A model generated the notes under the pieces. It saw only the letters and a list, made by a program, of their open reading frames with translations, did no database searches and was not told where the DNA came from. A program made the position numbers and the translations under genes. A stretch of 56,600 nt of DNA, counting the filler, from Circinaria calcarea (taxonomy: Eukaryota), in the NCBI GenBank assembly GCA_051942165.1. It is 4 parts of 4 records of this genome, joined end to end, with 100 filler letters (N's around TTAATTAATTAA, not from the genome) between each part and the next. Parts side by side here need not be neighbours in the genome. Positions count along the whole stretch, not along the records: positions 1 to 14,094 come from JAVECS010000455.1; 3 more parts are not named here. One strand, given 5' to 3'. Below are positions 1-11,899 of the stretch, in pieces (positions within the stretch are counted from its first letter, which is position 1; every line of letters starts with the position of its first letter).

Positions 1-372
1 CTTCCCTCCTGGTTGGCATTACCGTTTTTACTTTTTACTTTTACTTTTCCAACCCACAACTACCCACCCACACCGTCGTTCCCCATCCCCCTTCCTTTCT
101 CTCGCACCCGCGCTTCAAAAACCGTCCCTCCTCCCCCCGGCGCCCGAACTTTCCGTATAAATTCCGCACATGCCTTCGTTATTGCCGTCGCTGAAATTCC
201 GGACGATTTTTCCTTTGGAGCACGGGGAGCGAGGGGGGGGGCTAAGCTCTCCCTCATCCCCCGGCCGATGTAGACGAAAGGGGTTAATTGTGGAAATTTT
301 TGCCATGGCCCCTTGGGTTACGAAGCTATATGGAATGGGAAGGTGCCCCGGGTATGTAGTCCCCGTCAGGGG

Positions 373-1077
373 CTAGTACTGACATGACCCCTTGATACGG
401 CGGCGAAACCCGGTGAAGGGGTTATTGTGGACGTTGGTTCTTGCCAAGTGGGGTCTCGTCCACGCTTCGCGCAGTTGATCAGCGCGCCGGGAGCGGACTT
501 CTTCGAGTTCTGTTTCGGAGAATTGGGTGGCCGGCATCCAGCGCGCTGGATCGATGCCCCGGATGCTGGCGCCCGTCAGGCCGCGCAGGCTCATGAGGCA
601 ATCGAGGCTGGCGCAGTACATGTTCCAGCCGACTTCCTGGTTCCGCGCCGAGGCCGGCGTCGCCGCCAGGATGCCCCAACCCTCCTCGGTGCTCAGGTCT
701 AGCCGAAAGCTCCGCAGTCGGGGGCAGAGGAGCAGCAGACTGAAGGCCTTAGCCGCGCACTGGTAGCTCGTGTAGTGCAGGCCAAAGTCCGTCAGGGCGA
801 GGGCGGTGATCTCGGCGCGGCGGCGGGGTCGCAACGAGGCGAGAAATTCGTGCAGGGCGAAGGCCGAGGCGAATTCGAGGGCGTTGTGGCGGTAGAAAAG
901 GTGCAGGGCTTCGCGGTGGATGGTCTGGCAGACGGTGAGGACTCTGAGGACGGAGTGCTCTGTTGCGGCGTGCGGGCTGAGGCGCATTTTGACGGCTGGG
1001 GAAGGCAAGACAAAGATGTAGGTCCATATTTTGGCACGGAGCTCAGGTGGAAGCTGGAGGAGGGTTCTGGTTGGCAT
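373..1077 (-). CDS. Hypothetical protein with F-box-like N-terminus (DUF7730/2EXR-like fungal family)
   Basis: Intronless 234-aa ORF. N-terminal LLQLPPELRAKIWTYIF, then VLTVCQTIHREALHLFYRHN and RRRAEITALAL, motifs typical of this fungal family. Visibly GC-rich codons. Confidence 0.7.
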   Translation of the reverse strand: MPTRTLLQLPPELRAKIWTYIFVLPSPAVKMRLSPHAATEHSVLRVLTVCQTIHREALHLFYRHNALEFASAFALHEFLASLRPRRRAEITALALTDFGLHYTSYQCAAKAFSLLLLCPRLRSFRLDLSTEEGWGILAATPASARNQEVGWNMYCASLDCLMSLRGLTGASIRGIDPARWMPATQFSETELEEVRSRRADQLREAWTRPHLARTNVHNNPFTGFRRRIKGSCQY

Positions 1078-2017
1078 TCTTTTTTTTTTTACCTTGCGGT
1101 AGCTGGGGAAAGTTGGCTATTTCGTAGGAAGAGGTGAGGAATCGACCTAGTTTGCTTCGGAGAAGTTCCGACGGGAGGCAAATGTAAATATCAAGTAGGC
1201 CTTTCCAAGGCCTTTAGTTCTATAAGTAGGTACAGAGTGACCAGAAAAAACGATGCACGGGCTGACAGTCGGACCAACACGAACACACACGAGCTTTTGG
1301 GTGTTTGAGCAGATGTTGTTCTTTTTGAGGTGGTTGCCTGCAATTTCATTACCAGTTTGACGACTTGTTGTCTAGTAAACTCGAGGGCAAGACAATCAAA
1401 TCTTAGAGGGCTCCAAATTTCAAACAAAGGCTGCCTGCCTGCCTAAGCGAAAAAGAGAGTACAACGAGGGCTACCTCTTGTTCATCATGGCAATTGTACT
1501 CCAAGACTGAAGAGGATGTTTAAAAGTTTCACTGTCGGGATATAAATCGATAAAAGATTCCAGGGCCGGTGCAAGCAAGGCTGAATGAATGAACCCAATT
1601 AGGAGATTGATATTAGCGAATGGCCCTTTCTTCACTTTGCTTTGCTCTGTGCTCGCGCACTATTCCAGGCCATTGGCTCGCGGCTGTGCGTTGATTAACC
1701 GCTTTCTTTATTCAGGAAACGAGCAGCAATTTTTAAACCATGCCTGAAGAAGAGAGCTCTTCAAGCTCTAGTAGCATACAGTTGATCCTTAAAAAATCTG
1801 CCGAGTCAATTGCAGCTGCTTCGCGCTAGATGTTCCCCACCCCCTAAACTATCACGCCATTTAGAGAAATTGTGCATTTCAAGTCTCAATATTTGCAACC
1901 GATGCTAGACGGGTTCCGGTCCAAGGAGAGATTGGGTTCGCCAAGTTTGATCGCTAAGGTATACCTACTATGGAAACAATATAATTACCTCGTTGTACCC
2001 TATTGGCTATACCACGG

Positions 2018-3037
2018 TCAATAGCTATCTTCTCCCCCCTCGCCATATCCCTCCTCCGATCCGCCTCCCCCTATCCTCCCCCTATAAAACCCACACAGAT
2101 GTTCCTTCCCTAGGACCTTCAGCACCTCCAGTAGCCCAAACCCCGGCTGCTGTTCAGCATCCATCAAGAGCGGTATCAGTACCCCGCTCGGAACATGATG
2201 GCACCACTGCACCAACCCTGTCACCGCCTCCACCCACGCACAAACCTCCTCGGCATCCACTGACCCGGCATGCTGCCGGAATTCCACCGTTTGCTTCAGG
2301 GTGGAAGGCGGACCGCGGCGGGTATCGAGGTTGGCTAGGTTGTACGCGTGGGATTTGTAAGCGCCGGGGTTTAGCAGATCGATCAGGGCGTCCCTGGTTG
2401 CGCATTCCTCGACGAGAAGAAGGTTGGCGGTGGGGCCGTTGGTAGATGGGAACGCTCGACTAGGCGGGCTGCAGTACGAGGCGGCATGTTGGCTGGAGAC
2501 CCGGTGGCTCGGATGGATGGACTCGATGCTACGGGAGAGCCCGTGAACGGTCTGGCAGAGGTTCCGAAGCGTCCGAAGCGGGAAGCCCTGGTGGCGGTTT
2601 CCCACATGGACGTGGAGACCTGTGGTTCTGTTGGTCAGGAGTGTGAAAGGTAGTTGGGCAATGGTATCGATGACCAGCCGGACTTCATCCAAGCTCTCGC
2701 CGAGTTGTTCGGGCGTCTGGCCCGGTAGGATACGAGACCGAACTTCTATACCTATGAAGCGATATTCCAGATCCCACAAGCGTTCTTCGGTAAACTCGAT
2801 ACTTCTGTCTAGTAATATTGACCAGTTAGCAGCATCACCCATGTCTTGGAGTGTTACAGGAACATCAGCGGCTTGCAGCGCTTGAGATATCTGGGTGTGG
2901 ATTGCGCTCGATCTTCGGTCAACATTGTGGTCGAGTCCTCCCTTGAGACGTTCTGAGGTGAGGAAATCTGGATGGTACTTGATGATAAATTCAAGTTCGA
3001 CGCCGAAAGTAAGATTAAGGGAGCTTGCTGTAAACAT
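2018..3037 (-). CDS. Putative amidoligase enzyme (Amidoligase_2 / COOH-NH2 ligase-type family)
   Basis: Intronless 339-aa ORF with family motifs TFGVELEF, WSILLDRSI, GIEVRSRIL, TGLHVHVG, AYNLANL and TVEFRQHAGS. Confidence 0.85.
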   Translation of the reverse strand: MFTASSLNLTFGVELEFIIKYHPDFLTSERLKGGLDHNVDRRSSAIHTQISQALQAADVPVTLQDMGDAANWSILLDRSIEFTEERLWDLEYRFIGIEVRSRILPGQTPEQLGESLDEVRLVIDTIAQLPFTLLTNRTTGLHVHVGNRHQGFPLRTLRNLCQTVHGLSRSIESIHPSHRVSSQHAASYCSPPSRAFPSTNGPTANLLLVEECATRDALIDLLNPGAYKSHAYNLANLDTRRGPPSTLKQTVEFRQHAGSVDAEEVCAWVEAVTGLVQWCHHVPSGVLIPLLMDAEQQPGFGLLEVLKVLGKEHLCGFYRGRIGGGGSEEGYGEGGEDSY

Positions 3038-3581
3038 GTATCTGAAACATATAATACGATGGCTTGTTTAGGAGAGACAATACATGATGTGGCCGAACAT
3101 CTCTTATACATGGTTGTCGTTGCGTCGACAACGTGCTTGTCTAGAGGGCAAATCTCTTTGTTTGACAACTAAAAGCAGCTTGGCTTGGTCTTTATTGACT
3201 CGTAAAACTTTTTCAAACTGTAAAGTAAGCCAATGAATAGTACATATACAACAAAGAAACATCAATGAAAGACGGAAACGGAATCACTTTGGTAATAATT
3301 ACTTCTCGTACGGCAAACTGTGTTAAACTGCGGACTGGAAACGGAGTGACCTGGAAACCGGGACAACTACCAAAGACAGTTTTCTAGTGAAGTTAAGATA
3401 AGCCCTATCATGGATTGTCTGCTGAATAGGTGAAATGGTTGCTTCTTCCATCACCTAGAGAGTTGGGCTAGCTAAGTTATCTCACACCTTTTTTTATACA
3501 AGACAGCTGTGGGGACTGACTCCTTGCTTAATGCTCTATTCTCCATAATAGTTCTACCGTGTATTTGACGATTGCAAATAC

Positions 3582-4584
3582 TTAACCGTTGACGACAGTA
3601 CCACCGTTGCAGTGCAAGCTCTGCCCTGAGATCATACTGCTATCCTGGCTGGCAAGGAATACAAAGCAAGTAGCAATCTCCGACGGCTGCGCCGGACGTC
3701 CCATTGGCGAGGTGAAGCTATTCTGGGCGTCATCGTCCATGGTTGCAGGAACGAGAGGTGTCCAGACGGGACCAGGGCAGACGGCATTGACACGAATACC
3801 CTTGCTAATCTGCTGATTGTGGAGCGCACGGGTAAAGGAGATGATGGCACCTTTGGTGGAAGTGTAATCCAGAAGATCTGGTCGGCCAATGTAGGCGTTA
3901 ATGGAAGCATTGTTGATGATCGAGTCGCCTTTGTGAAGATGGGGGAGAACGTATTTAGACAAGTAGAAGAACGGATGAATGTTTGTATCAAAGGTTCGGA
4001 GCCATTGGTCTCTGCAAATCACGTCAGCTTGCCTTCTGGACAACGTCAAGAGCACCGTAATCCTCACTCTGACAGATCAGCAATGTCCTTCACTACGTTC
4101 TGATAGGCCGCGTTATTGATCAGGAAGTTGATGCCACCCATCTCTTTCAGGGCTGTGTCGATAAGCTTCTTGCAGTTCTCTTGGGTTCTGATGTCGGCCG
4201 GGAAGAGGTAGCACTTCCTACCATACTTCTCGACCATCTCCTTCGTTTCCTTGGCGTCCGACTCTTCTTCTTGCAGATAGTTGATCATAGAATCACACCC
4301 CTCCATGGCAAAGAGGACGGCGACGGCGCGGCCAATACCCGAGTCTCCTCCAGTAATTACCGCTTTCTTGCCTTCAAGCTTTCCAGCTGCCTTGTAAGTC
4401 TGATAGCCTTCATCTTCGGTTGAAATTTTGGTTGTCACAGGGTGTGGGCCTTTCATATCAGACTGCAGGCCGGGCTGGTCCAGATGGTGGGTCGGTACAG
4501 TGTGACCTATGGGACATGTCAGGCGGCTTGATCCCCTAGTATGAAATGGAGTTACCTACCTGAAGCGAACTGGGAGTCGGACAT
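3582..4584 (-). CDS. Short-chain dehydrogenase/reductase, glucose-1-dehydrogenase / general stress protein 39-like; 3 exons
   Basis: ATG at 4584 (MSDSQFASG); intron 4507-4559 and a second intron at about 4013-4066. Motifs TGGDSGIG, NNAA, catalytic YTSTK and RVNAVCPGPVWTPL. Confidence 0.9.
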
Positions 4585-4644
4585 GTTGTTGGTTCTCTGA
4601 ATTCTGAACTTGGGAGTTTATGCTTATGGAATCAAACCCGTAAT

Positions 4645-4735
4645 GTTTAGGGGGTGACAGCCCGGGCTACTGTCTATGAATAAATATCCAATCTAATTTA
4701 GGTGAATGAAGTCACCGCATGCACGAAACGTCAGA
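4645..4735 (-). promoter_or_regulatory. Possible STRE (CCCCT) and CRE (TGACGT) stress elements upstream of the SDR
   Basis: AGGGG near 4650 and ACGTCA at 4728-4733, within ~150 nt of the start codon. Short motifs that could occur by chance. Confidence 0.3.
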
Positions 4736-5668
4736 GGCACGTTTCGGCGGAGCTTCCCTCCGTATGCGATCATCGTACTTTGAATCGGGCGGATTCAATG
4801 GCAGTTTACTTTCACACACATAAGAAAGTACGAGATATTACCATACGTACTCTTCGCCATGGAAGTAAGCTGAACGGTCCATACAAACCGCACATCCTAA
4901 AGTCAGCTTGGCGTGGTGCAGCACAAGGACCTCAAATCTCATCCCCATAGGCTTTGCCGAGAGAATATTCTCAGTATCTAGAGCAAGTGCTCTAATGAAA
5001 GTCTAGCGGTGTGCTCCGTTTGACCGTGTTGGGATATTTTCTTTTAGTGAAGGTACTGAGCTGTAGTAGAGAATGACGATGGGATGAAAATGGTCCACCA
5101 TATGGTAAGCGAATGCACGTGATCCATCCGACTTTTGCTTGGTCTACCATATGAGCTTACGGCCTGCTTTATTTATTTTATCGCGTTAGCAAAGATAAAG
5201 TCCGACTAAAATGGTGCTCCTGCATTGGGACTGTACGTGGAATGATCATAGGTAGGGTGAGAATAGAAGAAGGCGATGGCAAGCATGGAGAACTCCTAGC
5301 CAGGGAGTACAAGATTGAGAGTGGAAGCAGAGGTGTCGATATAAAGGTTGGAAACTCCTGTCTGAATTCTACGCGGACGAAAGTCGGGAGTGGAGGTGGA
5401 TAACTGAGATGTTTGGTGAGGAGGTCCTTATTGGTGGGAGAAGGCGGCGTGATCGGAGTTGGAAGGTGGGTAGACGCATGGCTAGATTGCAAGCAGGGGG
5501 AAGGAAATGTAGAGTAGAGGTAATTATAGAAGCGTAGAAATGGTCATTCAAGGCTATTCTATTCTGGACAAATGACTCTATAGCTAAGGTATCAAATAGA
5601 ATATCATGAACCACGCTCCCAAGATCGTAATATACCTCTATAATTTTCACCTTTCAAGACCATTTACA

Positions 5669-6894
<1,226 letters not shown>

Positions 6895-7598
6895 GGTAAT
6901 GGAAAGTATTTAGATCGGGTAAAAACAGAAAAGCCTGTTTTCCAGGGAGAGGCCCTTTCAAATATGCTAATTTCCTAACACTACTCTGTATCCAGTGGTA
7001 CGGTAAGTCCTCGAAGATTTCAATTTCCGAGAGATGACGACGGAGCGTAGGATTTCTTTACGGCTGAGACGTCGACGAGGGGCACAGATGTCTAGCAAGA
7101 TTCTTTCTTTTGTAAGGAGAATGTAGGCTGGGGTCCTCCTACTTATAGCTTTTGTAGGTAGTATCCAATCGTTGCATGTGGTGATCGAATGCCGTCTGCT
7201 ACCTCCTTTCTATACTCTGTACAGATTGAAAAACTGTCAACAGTGACGCAGATCAATTGTGGTCTATTTTTTGCCGTCTCGACTTACCGCGGCTGATTTT
7301 CCATGATTTATATACCAACGTTGTGATTGGTTGATGATTCCGATCCATGCCGGAAGTTCGGCGATTCACAACACGAAAAGAGGGCTACCAAAAACACCAA
7401 AGGTAGCGAGCGCTTGTGGGATTTGAAACTCAAAATTCTAGTGATATCCCCTTGATTGAGTGCACATACTCCATACGCGCTTTCATAGTCCCTTGAATAG
7501 CATAACTTAACAAAATCATGTGGATCTGCATGTTGGACCCCCAAGAGTATCCGACAAGGCAGCATGGGTATATACGGTTCTACAGGACTTGATACTCA

Positions 7599-7688
7599 GA
7601 TTGAGCATGAACTGATGGCCCTCCCAGGGTTCTTGGAAGAGTCCTCAGCCTTGCCTACCTCCAGGGGCCTACCTATTCATGCTCAATC
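7599..7688. repeat. Inverted repeat / hairpin (13-bp perfect arms)
   Basis: GATTGAGCATGAA (7599-7611) and TTCATGCTCAATC (7676-7688), with further inner GGCCC/GGGCC pairing. Confidence 0.75.
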
Positions 7689-8000
7689 CGGGAACATAGT
7701 TTAGATATATGCTTCATTATTCCGGCCCTTACTGACCTCATCAAAGGCAAAGTATCGGAGGAGAAGTCTTTATTTTCGAAAGAGTCTAGCAGGATGAAAA
7801 CTCCGTGTTATCCAGGCCATCCCCCACATGCTGATGCTTTGCTGCTGATTCTTCCCCTCACGAGACGCCTTCGCAATGATACTCAAAGACTAACAAAGAG
7901 AATTCGTGGGCGTTCCAAGGTTACACATTCATATAGTTAGCATCCTACCTAGATTAGCTGAGTATGCACACGTCAAGCAATTAATGTCAAAGCTTACGAA

Positions 8001-8882
8001 TCAGAAATTTGACGATGTATTTACCGTTCCTGTCGGTGCGTGGTACTGATCCAATGTTGATCTGAAAGGAGTATTATCGGATGCGCTGATGGGCTTTTCG
8101 TGGCCTGACGTGCTTAGTTGAGACCCCATTAAGTCGTCATCGTCTTCAGCCAAGTTCTTCTTCTTGCCCCAGATTCTCCAAGCCACAAGTGCGAGACCAC
8201 CAAGAACGATAGCGCCACCAATACCAACAACAACGCCGATGATAATCCGCTTTGAAGACGGCTGAAGACCGGAGCTTCCAGAGCCGTCGTTGGAAGAGTT
8301 GAGGCCTGGGGCAGCGGTAGAGGTCGAAGATGAACTGGTGACGGCAACAACTGTGTTGGTTGTAATGACGGCGGTTAGAGTGCTGCTACCACTGACAGTC
8401 ACCACGGTCGTAATAATTTGCTGGGTCCTACTGCTTGGGGGTAACGTCGAAGTAACTAATATTTGTTGTGAAGTTACAGCGTTAGGCGACGATTGTTGTT
8501 CCGTGGAAACTGGAGCGGCTGAGGTCGAGGGCGACACATCGGGTATAGTAGAGGAGCCTTGGGTGGGAGTAGGAGAAGGTTCGGATGTAGTGACTGCTTC
8601 GGTGCCTGCCGAAGAGCTAGGTTGGGTTGTGGTGACATCTGCACTGGGAGTTGAGGGTGAGGTGGTAGGTTCAGCGGATGTAGCTGTAGAGGTTGGCGAC
8701 GCGATCTCTGTAGGAGACACTGATGCTGTTGTAGGAGTGGCTGACGGAGAGCTGGCCGATACTCCGGTTCCTAGAGGAACATTTTGACGTTTGAGCACGG
8801 CGTCAATATCTGAAGCAGAAGCCACAGTGACCAACGCTATGACAGCGATGAACGCTCGTACGATCCCGTTGAAGCAAAGCAT
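8001..8882 (-). CDS. Mid2/Mtl1-like cell-wall stress sensor (signal peptide, Ser/Thr-rich ectodomain, single TM)
   Basis: First ATG at 8882 (MLCFNGIVRAFIAVIALVTVASA), KR site, long S/T/P tract, TM IIIGVVVGIGGAIVLGGLALVAW, basic stop-transfer, C-terminal TPFRSTLDQYH...SNF. Confidence 0.8.
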   Translation of the reverse strand: MLCFNGIVRAFIAVIALVTVASASDIDAVLKRQNVPLGTGVSASSPSATPTTASVSPTEIASPTSTATSAEPTTSPSTPSADVTTTQPSSSAGTEAVTTSEPSPTPTQGSSTIPDVSPSTSAAPVSTEQQSSPNAVTSQQILVTSTLPPSSRTQQIITTVVTVSGSSTLTAVITTNTVVAVTSSSSTSTAAPGLNSSNDGSGSSGLQPSSKRIIIGVVVGIGGAIVLGGLALVAWRIWGKKKNLAEDDDDLMGSQLSTSGHEKPISASDNTPFRSTLDQYHAPTGTVNTSSNF

Positions 8883-9552
8883 GGCGCTGGGGAAAACGAT
8901 AGACAACACCACCAGAAATCGAGAGTTTGGTACCAACGGTCAAGGGCCCAATCGATAGCCGAAGAAGGGCGATAAAGTTCCACCAAGGAATCTCCGGAAA
9001 ATAACACCTGGAACAATAGCAGATATTCGCGAGGCAGGATGCTGGGGGTACTGATGGTAACGACCGTAGGTGTGATGCACGTAGGTTGAGTAATAAGTTG
9101 CGAATAATAGGGAAGATGGGCGGGATGGAAGATTTTTATGGTGGTGAGTGATCACACGCTGCACGGCTATGGTAAGGTTGGGGCTGACTCCCGGTGACTC
9201 GTTCCGTTAGTGGCCACCACAGTCATGCACAATGCACTCGAGTGAACCCCTTATTAATGCAGGTCATCCAATAGTGCGAGCCCAACTTATGCATCGCACC
9301 GAAGGCTGTGCATTGTGTAAGGTATTTGTGGATTTCCTATTCACTTCGCAGACGCTGGCCTTGCAACTGAGTACAGGAACGGCTTCTGTTCTCGAGTCTA
9401 CTTTCACGACAATCCATGTAAAGCCCTTCGACAATCATTCAGGGACCTTTGGTTCTATTAATTTGTCTGAAACTGTTGATTTCAAATTTCTTGCGGGGTG
9501 GCTGCCTTTGTGACTGACAATACGAGGATGCACAGAGTCGTACTACCTTGCA

Positions 9553-10768
9553 ATGTCCATTCCTCTCACATTGCATGAAGCGTTGTCGGGAATCTTTGGA
9601 TCGATCTCATTGGCCTCCTGGGTGTTTCTCTTGGTAAATCGCACGCATACTCTGTACATGGCTATTCTTCATTCTGGCTGATCAGACGCTCTTTAGGTGC
9701 CTCAACTAATTGAAAACTATCAATTGCAAAGTGCAGACGGCATATCGCTCGGATTCCTTATAATCTGGTTCATTGGTGATATTGCAAACCTCTCCGGTGC
9801 CATCTGGGCAGGTCTCGTGCCTACTGTTGTTGCTCTGGCAATTTATTTTTGTTTCGCTGATGCCATCCTCATCACTCAGTGTCTATATTATAGATTCATC
9901 AACGTTCGGAAAGATGGTACTAAAGGCTCCCTCGTCTCCGAGCGCTCTGATGTGGGGAGTCCCGAACAGCCGTTGCTCAGACGCAGTAGCGATAACATCG
10001 GCCTCCCTGGGTCGAGACGACGCTCATCAGCATCACAGAAACGGCGCACTTCAAGTCTAGGAGACCCATTGCCGGCGATTCCTGAGGTGGAAGCTTCTCA
10101 TGGTTCCTGGCTAAGGAATACTGCGAGCGTTGTTCTAATTTGTCTTGTGGGTAGCGTGGGTTGGGTCATCGCCTGGAGAATAGGCGTTTGGGTACCGACC
10201 CCGGAAGAGGTAGATGATAGGCCAGTGCATCAAGCCATTGGAGCTCAACTTTTGGGCTATGCATCTGCGGTTTTGTATCTGGGGTAAGCAATAGTTCTAC
10301 AACGCGTTTGCCAACTAGCTCCTGACACGGTGCGTCAATAGTGCCCGGATACCTCAGATTGTTAAGAATTATAAGGAGCGGTCTTGCGAAGGTATAACGA
10401 ATAGTCTTCATGTTTTCCACCTATAGGCTTACGGATATATGCTAGGTTTATCAATGTTGTTCTTCATTCTCTCTCTTCTAGGGAATGCAACGTATGGTGC
10501 CGGGGTAGGCTGTCTTAACCCCTGGACTGTCAACGTCCGGCTAAATATCCCAGATTCTTTTCCATTCCACTGATAAACAATATTTCCTTACGAATCTCCC
10601 CTGGCTAATTGGGTCTCTCGGTTAGTATATCCACATATATTACAAGGTTGATTGACTCTTCCGGCTGACATCTGCACAGGGACGATGGGCGAAGATACAT
10701 TTATATTCATTCAATTTCACCTATATACTAAACGTGGCAAAGTGGAAGGGTCCTCAGCAATTGAATAG
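9553..10768 (+). CDS. PQ-loop vacuolar cationic amino-acid transporter (Ypq/PQLC2 family); multi-exon
   Basis: MSIPLTLHEALSGIFGSISLASWVFLL|VPQLIENY (PQ1), GDIANLSGA, second loop ARIPQIVKNY, NLPWLIGSLG, EDTFIFIQF. Several short GT-AG introns. Confidence 0.9.
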
Positions 10769-11068
10769 ACGGCCCAGAGTGTAAAGCATGTGTAAGACGT
10801 TATCAAGTTACCCATAAAGATTCCTTCAGTGTCATAGACGCTCCAATCGAACCTAGAGTACATTATCTTGGATTGTGTCACTGGTGACATATGATTTTGT
10901 CCGGGATCTAGCCACTAGGTCATTTTATCAGTCGTACTAGCACTTTTAATTACCTCTTCAGCGCAAGCTATGTACGAGATAACATTTGATGGGATTCAGG
11001 GGATATGCAGCTTTGTCGACTCATGGTTGGATCTAAACAAACGTAGGGTGGAAGCGTAGTGAGTTGAC

Positions 11069-11589
11069 CTAATCAAAGAGACCGAAGCCCATATCCTCGT
11101 CCGACTCCTCCTTCTCTGTACCGGAAAACCCGTTAGCACATTCTAAACCCCAAATAAAATGCTCAAAGGACCCAACTCACCCTCTTCCTTCTTTTCCTCC
11201 TCCTTTTCCGCAGGGGCATCAGTAGCAGCCGCCCCCGCCCCGGCGGCCCCAGAAGGCGCCGCTGCTGCTCCTCCACCCGATCCAACGTTCAATAACATGT
11301 CCTTGACATTTTTACCCTCAAGCGCCTGTATTCCCATCAGTATCATAAATCGCTTCCCCATCGAGTCAAGCAGAGAGACTAAGTCCGGACCTTTGCGAAC
11401 AGCGTTGTCCATATGGGCTCTACATCTTCGACCTTGGCAGCTTTGATGAGTGTTTGGAGCTTTTCGGCCTGCGTTGACGTGTCAGTCCATTTCTAGGATC
11501 GAGACGCCCAGAGGACGCACGGTGATGTCGATATCCTCATCTGCGAGGATGAGCGCCGCATATGAACTTGCGAGCTCCGAAGTAGACAT
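11069..11589 (-). CDS. RPP1: 60S acidic ribosomal protein P1; 4 exons
   Basis: [56 protein letters not shown]..., Ala-rich hinge, C-terminal [13 protein letters not shown]. Confidence 0.96.
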
Positions 11590-11672
11590 TACGAGAATTG
11601 TGTGGTGTATACTGATGCGTATGTTGTCTGAGGGCCGGGAGTCTGGAATGTCGAAAAGGCTTTTAGTTTGAC

Positions 11673-11803
11673 AGGGCTAAATGTGTGGGCGAGGGCTCGC
11701 TAAGATTGTTCCTTCCTTTCCAAGAATCCCGAATGATGAGTCGGACTAAGGTAGCGACTGCCCCTCGGTCCGCAGCCCTAAAGTTCCCCGCGATGATAGG
11801 GCT
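11673..11803. promoter_or_regulatory. Cluster of four AGCCCT motifs in the short divergent RPP1/DUF2408 promoter
   Basis: AGGGCT 11673, AGGGCT 11692, AGCCCTAA 11774 and TAGGGCT 11797 within a 310-nt intergenic region. Confidence 0.45.
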
Positions 11804-11899
11804 CTATTAAAGATAAGTGCACTCTCCAGTCTCCACACCATTACTCTGTACACATCAACCTCCACGCGGAATGATAGGACAGTACCGTCAACATCCACG

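Noticed and set aside
4960..5165. RNase MRP-like motifs (TGAAAGTCT ... GAGCTTAC) and hairpin 5099-5153
   Set aside because: P4 pairing is incomplete and there is no GARAR loop; would need an Infernal hit to support.
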